NCBI GenBank assembly: GCA_020248265.1
Contig: JADCHX010000004.1
Location: forward strand, 28,183-92,182
Reading direction: 5' to 3'
DNA from: Rhodocyclaceae bacterium
GTDB taxonomy: Bacteria > Pseudomonadota > Gammaproteobacteria > Burkholderiales > CAIKXV01
DNA length: 64,000 nucleotides
Each line of letters starts with the position of its first letter. Position 1 is the stretch's first letter. Positions 17,255 to 27,216 of this stretch are shown here, piece after piece. The notes beneath the pieces were generated by a model. The model saw only the letters and a program-made list of their open reading frames with translations, was not told where the DNA came from and did no database searches. The position numbers and the translations under genes were made by a program.

Positions 17255-18925
17255 ATGACCACGCTGCTGACCCTGCACGATCCTGCCGTTGCGCGCGCGT
17301 ACTACGAAGCGGGCCACTGGCGCGACGACACGCTCTATTCGCTGCTGGAAAAGCATGCGCTCGAACGCCCCGACGCCTTCGCACTGCGCGACAGCCGCGT
17401 CCGCCTCACATGGCGCACGCTGCTGGCTCAGGTCGACCGCCTGGCGGCCGACCTGCACGGCGCGGGCTTGCGCCGCGGCGACCGGGTGGCCATCTGGTTG
17501 CCCAACCGGGCCGAATGCGTCGTCATCATGCTCGCCTGCTCGCGCAACGGATATGTGTGCAATCCGTCGCTGCACCAGAACTACACCGGCGCCGACGTGA
17601 TGTCGCTGCTCGAACGCACGGGCTGCGCGGCCCTGTTTGCGCAGTCCGAGTACGGGGCCGATGGCGAGCGCTTCGACATCTTCGCAGCCGTCGAGGGCCT
17701 GCCGAAGATGAAGCGGTTCTACCGCTTCTCGAAAGACCGGGATGCAGAGACGCCACTGCCATCGACCGGCGGCGACCACGCCGTCGATGCGCCGCCCGTG
17801 GACACCAACCCGGACAAGGTCTGCTACCTCGCGTTCACCTCGGGAACTACCGGTGCCCCGAAGGGTGTGATGCACTCGGATAACACGCTTCTGGCCAATG
17901 CCCGCGCGATGGTCCACGACTGGGGCCACGACCCTTCCACGATCCTGTGCTCGCTGAGCCCGCTGTCGCACCATATCGCCACGGTCGCCGTACTGCAGTC
18001 GCTGGTGGCCGGTTTCGAGCTGGTGATCAACGATCCGCCCGCGGGCGTCAAGCCACTCGACTGGATCCTGCAAACCGGCTCGACCTACGTGATGGGCGTG
18101 CCGACCCACGGCATCGACATCCTGGCCGAAGCGCGCCGCAGGGGCCTGCAAGACCTGGGTGCGGTACGCATCTTCTACATGGCAGGCGCGCCCATTGCGC
18201 CGGAGCTTTGCCATGGCTTCCTCGACATGGGCATTTCCACCCTGAACGTGTACGGCATGACCGAGAACGGCTCGCACCAGTACACGCTGCCCGACGACCC
18301 GGTCGAAGTCGTTACCGGTACCTGCGGACGGGCCTGCGCGGGGTACGAGACGCGGCTGTGGAATGCCGAGAACCCCGACCTCGAAGCCGCCCCCGGCGAG
18401 ATCGGCGAAATCGGCACGCGCGGCGCGCTGCTCACGCTCGGCTATTTCGACAACCAGTTCGCCACCGAGTCTTCGTTCAACGCGAGCGGCTGGTTCATGA
18501 GTGGCGATCTCGGCCGGCTCGACGCGCATGGCAACCTGCAGATCGTCGGCCGCAAGAAAGACCTGATCATTCGCGGTGGCCACAACATCCACCCCGCGCA
18601 CATCGAGAACCTCGCCATGAAGCACCCCGACGTGCTGAAGGCGGCGGCGTTTCCGATCGCCGATGCCCGGCTGGGTGAGCGTGTCTGCCTCGCAGTGATT
18701 CCATGCAACGGGGCGCAGATCGACGCCCAGGCGATGCTCGAACACCTCGATGCCGCCGGCCTGTCGCGCTACGACATGCCGGAGTACTGGGTGACCCTTG
18801 AAGCCTTTCCGCTGACCGCCAGTGGCAAGGTGCTCAAGCGCGAACTCATCGAGATGACCCGCACAGGTGCCATCGTCGCGCAGGCGATCCGGCGCGCTGC
18901 TGTCCGTGCTGCTACCGAGGCCTGA
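17255..18925 (+). CDS. AMP-dependent acyl-CoA synthetase/ligase
   Basis: AMP-binding motif YLAFTSGTTGAPKGVMH; GYFDN..WFMSGDLG; C-terminal SGKVLKREL. Confidence 0.9.
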   Translation: MTTLLTLHDPAVARAYYEAGHWRDDTLYSLLEKHALERPDAFALRDSRVRLTWRTLLAQVDRLAADLHGAGLRRGDRVAIWLPNRAECVVIMLACSRNGYVCNPSLHQNYTGADVMSLLERTGCAALFAQSEYGADGERFDIFAAVEGLPKMKRFYRFSKDRDAETPLPSTGGDHAVDAPPVDTNPDKVCYLAFTSGTTGAPKGVMHSDNTLLANARAMVHDWGHDPSTILCSLSPLSHHIATVAVLQSLVAGFELVINDPPAGVKPLDWILQTGSTYVMGVPTHGIDILAEARRRGLQDLGAVRIFYMAGAPIAPELCHGFLDMGISTLNVYGMTENGSHQYTLPDDPVEVVTGTCGRACAGYETRLWNAENPDLEAAPGEIGEIGTRGALLTLGYFDNQFATESSFNASGWFMSGDLGRLDAHGNLQIVGRKKDLIIRGGHNIHPAHIENLAMKHPDVLKAAAFPIADARLGERVCLAVIPCNGAQIDAQAMLEHLDAAGLSRYDMPEYWVTLEAFPLTASGKVLKRELIEMTRTGAIVAQAIRRAAVRAATEA

Positions 18926-18929
18926 TGCC

Positions 18930-19697
18930 ATGTCGATCGAACTGACGCGCATTGAAGAGTTCGCCCTGATCACGATCAATCGTCCGCAGGCGCTCAACGC
19001 GCTGTCGTTCGCGCTGATCGCCGACCTTGGCGCTGCGATCGACAAGGTCGCTGTCACCGATGCCCGTGCGCTTCTCATCACCGGCAGCGGCCCGAAGGCG
19101 TTCTGTGCGGGTGCCGACATCAAAGAGCTCACCGGGCGGTCGATGCAGGCCCAGTATGACGGTGCGGTCTTCGGCCAGACGACATTCGCCAGGCTCGATC
19201 GCCTTCCGATGCCATCGATCGCGGTCATCAACGGGTTTGCCTTCGGTGGCGGCCTGGAACTGGCGATGGCATGCACGTTCCGGCTTGCAACGGCCAACGC
19301 GAAGATGGGGCTGCCCGAAGTGCGGCTCGGTCTCATCCCCGGCTATGGCGGCACGCAGCGACTGTCGCGCCTGATCGGCGAGTCGCGCGCGATGGAGATG
19401 ATCCTCACCGCGCGCACGCTCACCGCCAGCGACGCGCTGCAGGTCGGTCTTGTGAACCGCCTCATCGGCGCCGATCCGCTCGCCGAGGGCATTGCCTTCG
19501 CACGCGAGTTTTCCGGCTTCAGCCTGCCGGTACTCGCGCTCGCCCGGTCGGCGATCTCCCGAGGAATGGACCTGCCGCTTCAGGACGGCTTGAGGCTGGA
19601 GGCCGATCTGTCGACGCTGGCTTTCCAGACGCAGGATGCGGCCGAGGGAATGGATGCATTCAGCGCGAAACGCAAGCCCGAGTTCAAGGACCGATAG
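18930..19697 (+). CDS. Enoyl-CoA hydratase
   Basis: ITINRPQALNAL..LLITGSGPKAFCAGADIKEL..AVINGFAFGGGLELAMAC. Confidence 0.9.
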   Translation: MSIELTRIEEFALITINRPQALNALSFALIADLGAAIDKVAVTDARALLITGSGPKAFCAGADIKELTGRSMQAQYDGAVFGQTTFARLDRLPMPSIAVINGFAFGGGLELAMACTFRLATANAKMGLPEVRLGLIPGYGGTQRLSRLIGESRAMEMILTARTLTASDALQVGLVNRLIGADPLAEGIAFAREFSGFSLPVLALARSAISRGMDLPLQDGLRLEADLSTLAFQTQDAAEGMDAFSAKRKPEFKDR

Positions 19698-19705
19698 CCG
19701 TGCAT

Positions 19706-20452
19706 ATGCCGACGCATGAACGGGTGGTTGCAGTGACCGGCGCGAGCCGTGGCATCGGCGCAGCGATCGCCGTCGAACTGGCGCGCCGCGGTTTCACGGT
19801 CGCCTGCCTCACGCGCAAGGGGATGGGCGTGGAAACGCCGGTGCCGGCGGGGTTGGCCGGACGCCTGCTCAGCGTGCAATGCGACGTGACCGATGAGCAA
19901 AGCCTCGCCGCAGCATTCGAGCGCGTCGCCCGTGAGGCCGGGGGGCTGCATGCACTGGTCAACAATGCGGGCATCCATGTCGAGTCGCCCAGCAACCAGA
20001 TGACTTCGGAAAGCTTCGAGCAGGTGATGGCCACCAACACCACTGCGGTGTTCGCTGCCTGCCGGCTGGCCTATCCGCACCTGCTGAAGGCCGGCTCAGG
20101 CATGATCGTCAACATCGGGTCCTTCTTCGACCGGATCGGTGTCAAGCGCAACCTTGCCTACTGCGCGTCGAAGGCAGCGGTTGGTGCCATCACCCGCTGC
20201 CTGGCCGTCGAGTGGGCCAGCAAGGGTATCCGTGTGATCGACATCGCGCCCGGCTACATCCAGACCGACCTCAACCGGGCAGCGCTCGAGAGCGGTCCGC
20301 TCCACGAATACCTGAAGCGGCGCATCCCCGCGGGGGCGTCCGGTACCGCAGAAGACGTGGCACGGCTGATCGGTGCGCTCCTGGCCGAAGACATTCCCTT
20401 CCTGACGGGCGAGACGATCTATCTCGACGGCGCACAAGGCATCGCGCACTGA
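19706..20452 (+). CDS. Short-chain dehydrogenase/reductase (SDR)
   Basis: VAVTGASRGIGAAIA Rossmann motif and the YCASKAAV (YxxxK) catalytic motif. Confidence 0.9.
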   Translation: MPTHERVVAVTGASRGIGAAIAVELARRGFTVACLTRKGMGVETPVPAGLAGRLLSVQCDVTDEQSLAAAFERVAREAGGLHALVNNAGIHVESPSNQMTSESFEQVMATNTTAVFAACRLAYPHLLKAGSGMIVNIGSFFDRIGVKRNLAYCASKAAVGAITRCLAVEWASKGIRVIDIAPGYIQTDLNRAALESGPLHEYLKRRIPAGASGTAEDVARLIGALLAEDIPFLTGETIYLDGAQGIAH

Positions 20453-20453
20453 C

Positions 20454-21620
20454 ATGAACGCGCTGACCCGGCTCGATCGCACGATCAATCTCTCCGAAGA
20501 CGAGCAGATGCTGCTCGAAAGCGTGCGCGCGCTCGCACGCGATCTGATCGCACCGAACGCGCAGCAGATCGACCGAACGGGCGTCTTTCCCCAGGACAAC
20601 GTCGACGCGATCAACGCGCTGGGCCTGAACGCCATGTTCATCCCCGAGGCCTATGGCGGTGCGCCGATGTCGTATACCGCCTATCTCGAGTGCGTGCGAG
20701 AACTGTCCAGAGCCTGTGCGTCCACGGGCGTGATCTGGGCGACCAACTTCCACGCGATCAAGCCATTGATCGACTTCGGAACCGAAGAGCAGAAGCAGCG
20801 GCTGCTGCCCGTGATGGTCGAGGGTGGCCTTGCTTCCCTTACGATCACCGAGCCATCGGCGGGCTCCGACGCCACCGGCATGCGCACGTCGTTCACGCCA
20901 GATGGCGACGAGATCGTGGTCGACGGTTCCAAGATCTTCATCACGAACGGCGCCCATGCCGACCTCTATCTGGTCTTCGGCAAATGGAGCACGATCGAAG
21001 ACGGCAAGGCAGCCATCTCCGCGTTGATCGTCGAGAAAGGTACGCCAGGGCTGTCGGTGGTCCGCGAGGAAGACAAGATGGGCCTGCGCGCCTCGAGCAC
21101 CGCCGCCCTCAGCTTCGAGTCGTGCCGCGTGCCGAAGGCAAACCTGCTGGGTGCGCCCGGTGACGGCCTGCGCATCCTGCTGGCCTCGCTCAACAAGTCG
21201 CGCCCGAGCGTGGCGGCCCATGCCCTGGGCATCGCGCGCGCCGCCTTCGAGGACGCAGTCGCCTACATCAACGAGCGGCGGCAGTCCGGGCGCCGTATCG
21301 TCGAATTCCAGGGTATCCAGTTCATGCTGGCCGACATGGCCACCGACCTGGCCATGTGCGAGCGCTGGCTGTGGCATGTCGCGGCGCTGGTCGACGCCGA
21401 AGCGACCGACTTCGGCATCGAAGCGTCGATGCTCAAGTTGCGGGCGTCCGACCTGGCCATGCGTATCACGACCGATGCAGTGCAACTGTTCGGTGGCTAC
21501 GGATACATCCGCGACTATCGCGTGGAACGCTTGATGCGCGATGCAAAGATCACCCAGATCTGGGAAGGAACCAACCAGGTCCACCGCCAGCTGATCGGGC
21601 GGAGTTTCATGCAGAAGTAG
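20454..21620 (+). CDS. Acyl-CoA dehydrogenase
   Basis: 388 aa; ITEPSAGSDATGMRT, FITNGAHADLYLVF, GGYGYIRDYRVERLMRDAKITQIWEGTNQV. Confidence 0.9.
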   Translation: MNALTRLDRTINLSEDEQMLLESVRALARDLIAPNAQQIDRTGVFPQDNVDAINALGLNAMFIPEAYGGAPMSYTAYLECVRELSRACASTGVIWATNFHAIKPLIDFGTEEQKQRLLPVMVEGGLASLTITEPSAGSDATGMRTSFTPDGDEIVVDGSKIFITNGAHADLYLVFGKWSTIEDGKAAISALIVEKGTPGLSVVREEDKMGLRASSTAALSFESCRVPKANLLGAPGDGLRILLASLNKSRPSVAAHALGIARAAFEDAVAYINERRQSGRRIVEFQGIQFMLADMATDLAMCERWLWHVAALVDAEATDFGIEASMLKLRASDLAMRITTDAVQLFGGYGYIRDYRVERLMRDAKITQIWEGTNQVHRQLIGRSFMQK

Positions 21621-21704
21621 CTGCAGGTCGACGCCGGCCCAGAAAGCATCCACGGGAGCAACAGACTCCTGGCCGGTCCACGCGAACGCTGGAGGAGATC
21701 ACAG

Positions 21705-22673
21705 ATGGATCATCTGAAGACATCATTGCTGTTTGCAGGGCTTATCGCTTCGACCGGTTGTCTGGCCCAGGCGCCCGCATTCCCTTCAAAACCGGTGCGG
21801 ATCATCGTACCGTACGCCCCCGGCGGTTCGACCGACGTCGTCATGCGAACCATCGCGCCGCGGCTGGCGGACGACTTCGGACAGCAGGTGGTGGTCGACA
21901 ACCGGCCGGGCGCATCCTCGACCATCGGTCTTGACCTTGCGGCAAAGTCCGCGCCGGACGGGTTGACCTGGGGCGTGCCGAACATCGCGTTCGGTGCCAA
22001 CCCCAGCATGATCAAGAAGATGCCGTTCGATTCCGAGAAAGACCTGATCCCGGTCACGCAGGTGTCCGTGGTGAGCATGGTCCTGGTGGTCAACTCGGCG
22101 CTGCCGGTACGCTCGGTGAAGGAACTGCTGGCCCTGGCCAAGGCGCGCCCCGCGCAACTGACGTTCGGGTCTGCGGGAAACGCCACGGCAAACCACCTCG
22201 CGGCTGGCCTGTTCATGCAGCGGACCGGCGCCGACATGGTCCATGTGCCCTACAAGGGTGGCGGACCGGCCGTGGTGTCGCTGCTCGCGGGAGAGACTTC
22301 GCTGCTGTTTGCCACGATCCCCGCAGCCCTCCAGCACATTCAGAGCGGCCGGCTGCGCGCGCTCGGCGTGACCCGTGCGCGCCGCGCGGCCATGCTGCCG
22401 GATGTCGCGACCGTCGCCGAGTCGGGTGTGCCCGGTTACGAAGCCATCGAGTGGAATGGCGTGATGGTGCCGGCCGGCACGCCGATGCCGGTCGTTCGGC
22501 GTATTCGTGACGCGGTCGCGAAAGTCCTGGCTCCCCCGGAAATGAGGGAGCGCCTGCTGGCCGTCGGCGCCGAGGGCGTCGGCAGCACACCCGAGGAGTT
22601 CGCCGCCTTCATCCGCACCGAACTTGCAACCTGGTCGAAAGTCGTCCGCGAGCTTCAGCTGAGCGCGGACTGA
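21705..22673 (+). CDS. Bug/TctC-family substrate-binding protein
   Basis: PVRIIVPYAPGGSTD and HVPYKGGGPAVVSLLAGETSL. Confidence 0.9.
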   Translation: MDHLKTSLLFAGLIASTGCLAQAPAFPSKPVRIIVPYAPGGSTDVVMRTIAPRLADDFGQQVVVDNRPGASSTIGLDLAAKSAPDGLTWGVPNIAFGANPSMIKKMPFDSEKDLIPVTQVSVVSMVLVVNSALPVRSVKELLALAKARPAQLTFGSAGNATANHLAAGLFMQRTGADMVHVPYKGGGPAVVSLLAGETSLLFATIPAALQHIQSGRLRALGVTRARRAAMLPDVATVAESGVPGYEAIEWNGVMVPAGTPMPVVRRIRDAVAKVLAPPEMRERLLAVGAEGVGSTPEEFAAFIRTELATWSKVVRELQLSAD

Positions 22674-22704
22674 CCGAGCCGCAGAAAGAGGAAAGGACGC
22701 AGCA

Positions 22705-23580
22705 ATGAGCGACATCCGGACCGTCGGCATCGCCGGCAGCGGAACGATGGGTGCCGGCATCGCCATCGTCGCCGCCCGTGCAGGCTTTCGCACGATCGTC
22801 TACGACACCCGCCAGGCGGCGCTGGACCGCGCTCGCAAGCAGACCGAAGGCTTCTTCGCGAAATCGGTCCAGCGGGGCAAGCTGACCCAGGCAGAGGTCG
22901 ACGCCATCCTTGCCCGCCTGGAAGGCACCACCGAGATCGGTGCCATGGCCGAATGCGATATCGTCATCGAGGCCGTGTTCGAAGACCTGCAGACCAAGCA
23001 CGCGGTGCTGCAACAGCTCGATTCGGTATGTCCGGCCAGCACGCTGTTCGCGTCGAACACGTCGACCCTCGCGATCACCGAGATCGCGGCAGGTTCAGGC
23101 CGCGCCGATCGCGTCGTCGGCATGCACTTCTGCCTGCCAGCGCAACTGATGAAGCTGGTCGAGATGTCGCCCGGCATCCGCACCAGCAGCGACACGTTCG
23201 ACGCCGCCTGGGCGTTCTGCAAGGCGATGGGACAGACCCCGGTCAGGACCCGAGACAACCCCGGGTTCATCCTCAACTACTTCCTGGTGCCGTTCAACAA
23301 CGATGCGATACGCCTGGTCGAATCGGGGGTGGCGCAGCCGCGCGACATCGACCTCGCCATCAAGCGTGCACTGGGCTACCCGATGGGCCCGCTGGAACTG
23401 CTCGACCTGGTCGGGCTCGACACGCATCTGCTGGTTGCCGAAGCGCTGTTCGCATCGACCCATGAACCGCGCGCCGCGGTGCCTGCACTGGTGCGCAGGA
23501 TGATCGCGGCCGGGCACCTCGGGCGCAAGACCGGCCAGGGGTTCTACACCTACGAGACCAACGCGATGTTCGGAGGCTGA
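22705..23580 (+). CDS. 3-hydroxyacyl-CoA (3-hydroxybutyryl-CoA-type) dehydrogenase
   Basis: VGIAGSGTMGAGIA NAD-binding motif, NTSTLAI, PGFILNY, GYPMGPLELLDLVGLD. Confidence 0.9.
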   Translation: MSDIRTVGIAGSGTMGAGIAIVAARAGFRTIVYDTRQAALDRARKQTEGFFAKSVQRGKLTQAEVDAILARLEGTTEIGAMAECDIVIEAVFEDLQTKHAVLQQLDSVCPASTLFASNTSTLAITEIAAGSGRADRVVGMHFCLPAQLMKLVEMSPGIRTSSDTFDAAWAFCKAMGQTPVRTRDNPGFILNYFLVPFNNDAIRLVESGVAQPRDIDLAIKRALGYPMGPLELLDLVGLDTHLLVAEALFASTHEPRAAVPALVRRMIAAGHLGRKTGQGFYTYETNAMFGG

Positions 23581-23586
23581 ACCGAT

Positions 23587-24255
23587 ATGCCCTACACCAT
23601 CCTGTCCACCGGACCCAGCCCCGCGTTCGCGGCCGACCACCCACTGCTGACCGGCGGCGCTGCACAAGGCGAGGTGGTTGTCATTCTCGGGCCTGGCGCG
23701 GGCGCGGCGGCCATGGCCCTTGCCCCAGCCAGCGACCGCGTCGCGGTGCTGGTCGAACTCTGCACCGAATGCCTGGGCGAGTACACCGGCGAGTCGCGTG
23801 GGCAGGAGGGATCCTGCGTCGTGGGCTTCTCCCGCTTCCGGCTTGGCGACCTGCCGCCGAGCAACCTGGTCGAACTGGTGCGCCAGCCGGCCACGCCTGA
23901 CGCAGTCATCGAGGCTGCACGCAGCGTGCTCGAATCGGCCGGGCTCGAAGTCGCCGTGTGCGGCGATTTCGTCGGTCGTATCGTCGACCGCCTCGTACGT
24001 CCCTATTACAACGCTGCGCTGCGCCGGCTCGATGAAGGCCTGGCCACGGCCGACGACCTCGACACCACGCTGCGGCTCGGGCTGGGCTATCCGCAGGGTC
24101 CGATCAAGTTGCTGGAAGACAGCGGGCTGGCTGCGCACTGGCAGGTCTCGCAGGCCCTGTTCGAGCAGACGGGCGACACCGGCTACGCGCCGGCGCGCCG
24201 TGCGACGGTCGCCCACCGCCGCCGTGCCGGCTCGACGCAGGACGGGCCCGCATGA
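23587..24255 (+). CDS. 3-hydroxyacyl-CoA dehydrogenase family protein (divergent; C-terminal domain well conserved)
   Basis: DFVGRIVDRLVRPYYNAALRRLDEGLATADDLDTTLRLGLGYPQGPIKLLED. The N-terminal part lacks a clean GxGxxG. Confidence 0.65.
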   Translation: MPYTILSTGPSPAFAADHPLLTGGAAQGEVVVILGPGAGAAAMALAPASDRVAVLVELCTECLGEYTGESRGQEGSCVVGFSRFRLGDLPPSNLVELVRQPATPDAVIEAARSVLESAGLEVAVCGDFVGRIVDRLVRPYYNAALRRLDEGLATADDLDTTLRLGLGYPQGPIKLLEDSGLAAHWQVSQALFEQTGDTGYAPARRATVAHRRRAGSTQDGPA

Positions 24256-24274
24256 CGCACTCGAGACCCCTCCG

Positions 24275-25405
24275 ATGAGCCAGCCACTGAAAGGCCTGCG
24301 CGTGCTCGACTTCAGCACGCTGCTTCCGGGACCACTCGCCAGCCTCATCCTCGCCGAGGCTGGCGCCGAGGTGATCAAGATCGAGCGTCCGGGCCGCGGC
24401 GACGAGATGCGCTCGTATGTGCCGCGCTTCGGCGATGACAGCGTCAACTTCGCGCTGCTCAACCGCGGCAAGCGCAGCGTCGCCATCGATCTCAAGGCCG
24501 CCGGTGCGGTCGATCGGCTGGCACCGCTGATCGCCTCGGCCGATGTCGTGCTCGAGCAGTTCCGTCCCGGCGTGATGGATCGCCTGGGCCTGGGCTACAG
24601 CGCCCTGAGCGCCGTCAATCCGCGCCTGATCTACTGCGCGATCACCGGCTACGGCCAGCACGGACCGCGGGTGGATGTGGCAGCGCACGACCTGAACTTC
24701 ATCGCCGAGGCAGGCATGCTCGGACTGTCGGCCGGTGCCGACGGTGCGCCGATCCTCCCTCCAGCGCTGATCGCGGACATCGCGGGAGGGACTTATCCCG
24801 CCGTGCTCAACATCCTCCTCGCGCTGCGGGAACGTGACCGCACCGGCAAGGGAAGCCGGCTGGACATCGCCATGGCCGACAATGTCTTCACGTTCATGTA
24901 CTGGGCGCTGGGCAATGCGCATGCCGCCGGCCAGTGGCCGCAGCCGGGCGGCGAGCTCGTGACTGGCGGCAGCCCCCGCTACAACATCTACCGCACACGC
25001 GACGATCGATTCATCGGGGCCGCGCCCCTGGAAGACAAGTTCTGGGCGACGTTCTGCGAGGTCGTCGGCGTTCCGACCGAGGCCCGCGATGACGCACGCG
25101 ATCCGGCGGCGACGCGCGCCTGCGTGGCCGCGCTGATCGCGCTCGACACGGCCGACGGCTGGCGTGCGCGGTTCGAGGGGCGCGAAGTGTGCTGCTCGGT
25201 GGTGGCGACGCTGGCCGAGGCCCTCGCTTCTTCGCACTTCGCCGCGCGCGGCATCTTCTCGCGTTCACTGCAAGGCGATGGGCGTGCCATTGCCGCCCTG
25301 CCGGTACCCGTCGACGAGGCGTTCCGTGCCCCGGTGCTCGACGCCGGTTACCCGGCCCTGGGTGAAGGCAATTACCTGCTTGCCCCCGGGCATGGTTCCC
25401 CATGA
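24275..25405 (+). CDS. Family III CoA-transferase / alpha-methylacyl-CoA-racemase-like
   Basis: LKGLRVLDFSTLLPGPLASLILAEAGAEVIKIERPGRGDEMR. Confidence 0.85.
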   Translation: MSQPLKGLRVLDFSTLLPGPLASLILAEAGAEVIKIERPGRGDEMRSYVPRFGDDSVNFALLNRGKRSVAIDLKAAGAVDRLAPLIASADVVLEQFRPGVMDRLGLGYSALSAVNPRLIYCAITGYGQHGPRVDVAAHDLNFIAEAGMLGLSAGADGAPILPPALIADIAGGTYPAVLNILLALRERDRTGKGSRLDIAMADNVFTFMYWALGNAHAAGQWPQPGGELVTGGSPRYNIYRTRDDRFIGAAPLEDKFWATFCEVVGVPTEARDDARDPAATRACVAALIALDTADGWRARFEGREVCCSVVATLAEALASSHFAARGIFSRSLQGDGRAIAALPVPVDEAFRAPVLDAGYPALGEGNYLLAPGHGSP

Positions 25406-25415
25406 GGGCGTCGCG

Positions 25416-26423
25416 ATGCTAGCCCTGGTCGTCGAGAGCCACGGGCCCGTCGACACCCTGCAGTTGCGCGACCGGGCGCAGCCACCTGCGCCTGGCCCGG
25501 GCGAAGTGCTTGTAGAGGTGCATGCCGCAAGCATCAACTTCCCCGACCTTATGGTGATCGGGGGAACCTATCAGAACCTGCCGCAGTGCCCGTTCGTGCC
25601 AGGCAAGGACCTCGCGGGGCGGGTAGTGGCCACCGGGCCTGGCGTACGTCGACTGCGATCCGGTGACCGCATCATGGCGCATGTGGAGCATGGAGCGTTC
25701 GCCCAGCGCGTGCTGGTACCCGAACGCCAGTGCCACCCGCTGCCTGCCAGCATGAGCTACCGGCAAGGCGCCGCGATGGGCCTGACCTACCTGACTGCCC
25801 ACTTCGCGCTGGTCGAGCGCGCGCGGACGCAGCCGGGCGAGATCGTGATGGTGACCGGCGCAGCCGGCGGCGTGGGGCTCGCAGCGGTGCAGGTGGCACG
25901 TGTGCTCGGTGCGACCGTGGTTGCCGCAGTCGGATCCGAGGCCAAGGCCAGGTTCGTCGCCGCGCAGGGCGCGCATCACGTCGTGCGTACCGACCGACCC
26001 TCGCTGCGGGACGCGCTGCGCGAGCAGGTGTACGCCGCCGTCGGCAAGCGCGGGGTCGACGTGGTCATCGACCCGGTAGGCGGCGATGTGTTCGATGCGA
26101 GCCTGCGCACGCTGGCCTGGTGCGGCAGGCTGGTGATCGTCGGCTTCGCAGAGGGCCGGATCCCCGAGGTGAAGGCGGGACTGCTGCTGGTCAAGAACAT
26201 CTCGCTGATCGGGCTGCAGGTCAGCGACTACCGAGACCGGGCGCCGGACAGGGTGGATCAGGTGCAGGACGAACTGTATCGATTGTTCGAGCGTGGCAGC
26301 CTGAGCCCGTCGATCATGGCCAGTTTCCCGCTGCAGGATTATCGCGCCGCACTGCGCACGGTACAGGACCGCAGCGTCCTCGGAAAGGTCGTGCTCGACC
26401 TGTGCGGGCCGGCGGCAGATTGA
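25416..26423 (+). CDS. NADPH:quinone oxidoreductase / zinc-type alcohol dehydrogenase superfamily (MDR)
   Basis: EVLVEVHAASINFPDLMVIGGTYQ and VTGAAGGVGLAAVQ. Confidence 0.85.
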   Translation: MLALVVESHGPVDTLQLRDRAQPPAPGPGEVLVEVHAASINFPDLMVIGGTYQNLPQCPFVPGKDLAGRVVATGPGVRRLRSGDRIMAHVEHGAFAQRVLVPERQCHPLPASMSYRQGAAMGLTYLTAHFALVERARTQPGEIVMVTGAAGGVGLAAVQVARVLGATVVAAVGSEAKARFVAAQGAHHVVRTDRPSLRDALREQVYAAVGKRGVDVVIDPVGGDVFDASLRTLAWCGRLVIVGFAEGRIPEVKAGLLLVKNISLIGLQVSDYRDRAPDRVDQVQDELYRLFERGSLSPSIMASFPLQDYRAALRTVQDRSVLGKVVLDLCGPAAD

Positions 26424-26440
26424 GTCACCGGCCCGCTCCC

Positions 26441-26455
26441 CGGCACAGGTGAAGC
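26441..26455 (+). promoter_or_regulatory. Weak internal sigma-54-like element CGGCAC-N5-AAGC
   Basis: GG-N10-GC spacing is correct and it lies 33 nt upstream of ATG 26488. The -12 region is AAGC rather than TTGC. Confidence 0.2.
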
Positions 26456-26487
26456 GGGCCCATCCCAATTCGAAGGAGTACTTCCAG

Positions 26488-27216
26488 ATGGCACGACTCG
26501 GGCTTCTTGTTCCCTCTTCGAACACCTCGGTAGAGACCGAGTTCCATCGCACGCTTCCCGACGCGGTGACGCTGCACGTGGGACGACTGTTCCTCACCCA
26601 GGTCACGCCGGAATCGGTGCGCCGGATCGTCGCCGACATGGAGGGGCAGGCGAAGCTGCTGGCCTCGGCCGATGTCGACCTGATCGTGCTCGGGGCGACC
26701 CTGCCCAGCCTGCTCAACGGCCTGGGCTACGACCAGCAGTTGATCGGCACGATCGAGGCGGCCACCGGCAAGCCTGCGACCACGACCACCACGGCGCTGG
26801 TCAAGGCCTTGCACCGCATGGACGTCCGGCGTGTGGTGATGGGTGCGGCCTACGACGACACGATGAACGGCGTGGCATGCAATTTCCTGCAGGCGAGCGG
26901 TTTCGAGGTCCTGCAAACCGCTTCGCTCGGCTACGTAGACAACCTGCAGATCGGCCGGCTGTCGTCGGAGACGGCCTACGAACTGGGCTGCAGGATCGCC
27001 CGGCCCGACGCCGATGCGATCGTGCTCGCGTGCACCAACTGGATGACGCTCGATGTCATCGAGCGCATCGAGGCCACCACGGGCAAGCCTGTGATCACGA
27101 CGACGCAGGCGACGCTGTGGGCGGCACTCGGCCTGCTGGGCGTGGAGCCACGCGCCGGATTCGGTCGCCTGATGAACATGAGTGCCGAACGCGCTGCCTC
27201 GACGCCGGCCGCGTGA
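26488..27216 (+). CDS. Asp/Glu/hydantoin racemase superfamily enzyme with an arylmalonate-decarboxylase-like single-Cys configuration (maleate isomerase family relative)
   Basis: LGLLVPSSNTSVETEF N-terminus; GAAGGAG RBS. The first catalytic-Cys position reads LGATLPS (Gly/Ala). The second Cys is retained in VLACTNWMTLDVI. Confidence 0.7.
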   Translation: MARLGLLVPSSNTSVETEFHRTLPDAVTLHVGRLFLTQVTPESVRRIVADMEGQAKLLASADVDLIVLGATLPSLLNGLGYDQQLIGTIEAATGKPATTTTTALVKALHRMDVRRVVMGAAYDDTMNGVACNFLQASGFEVLQTASLGYVDNLQIGRLSSETAYELGCRIARPDADAIVLACTNWMTLDVIERIEATTGKPVITTTQATLWAALGLLGVEPRAGFGRLMNMSAERAASTPAA

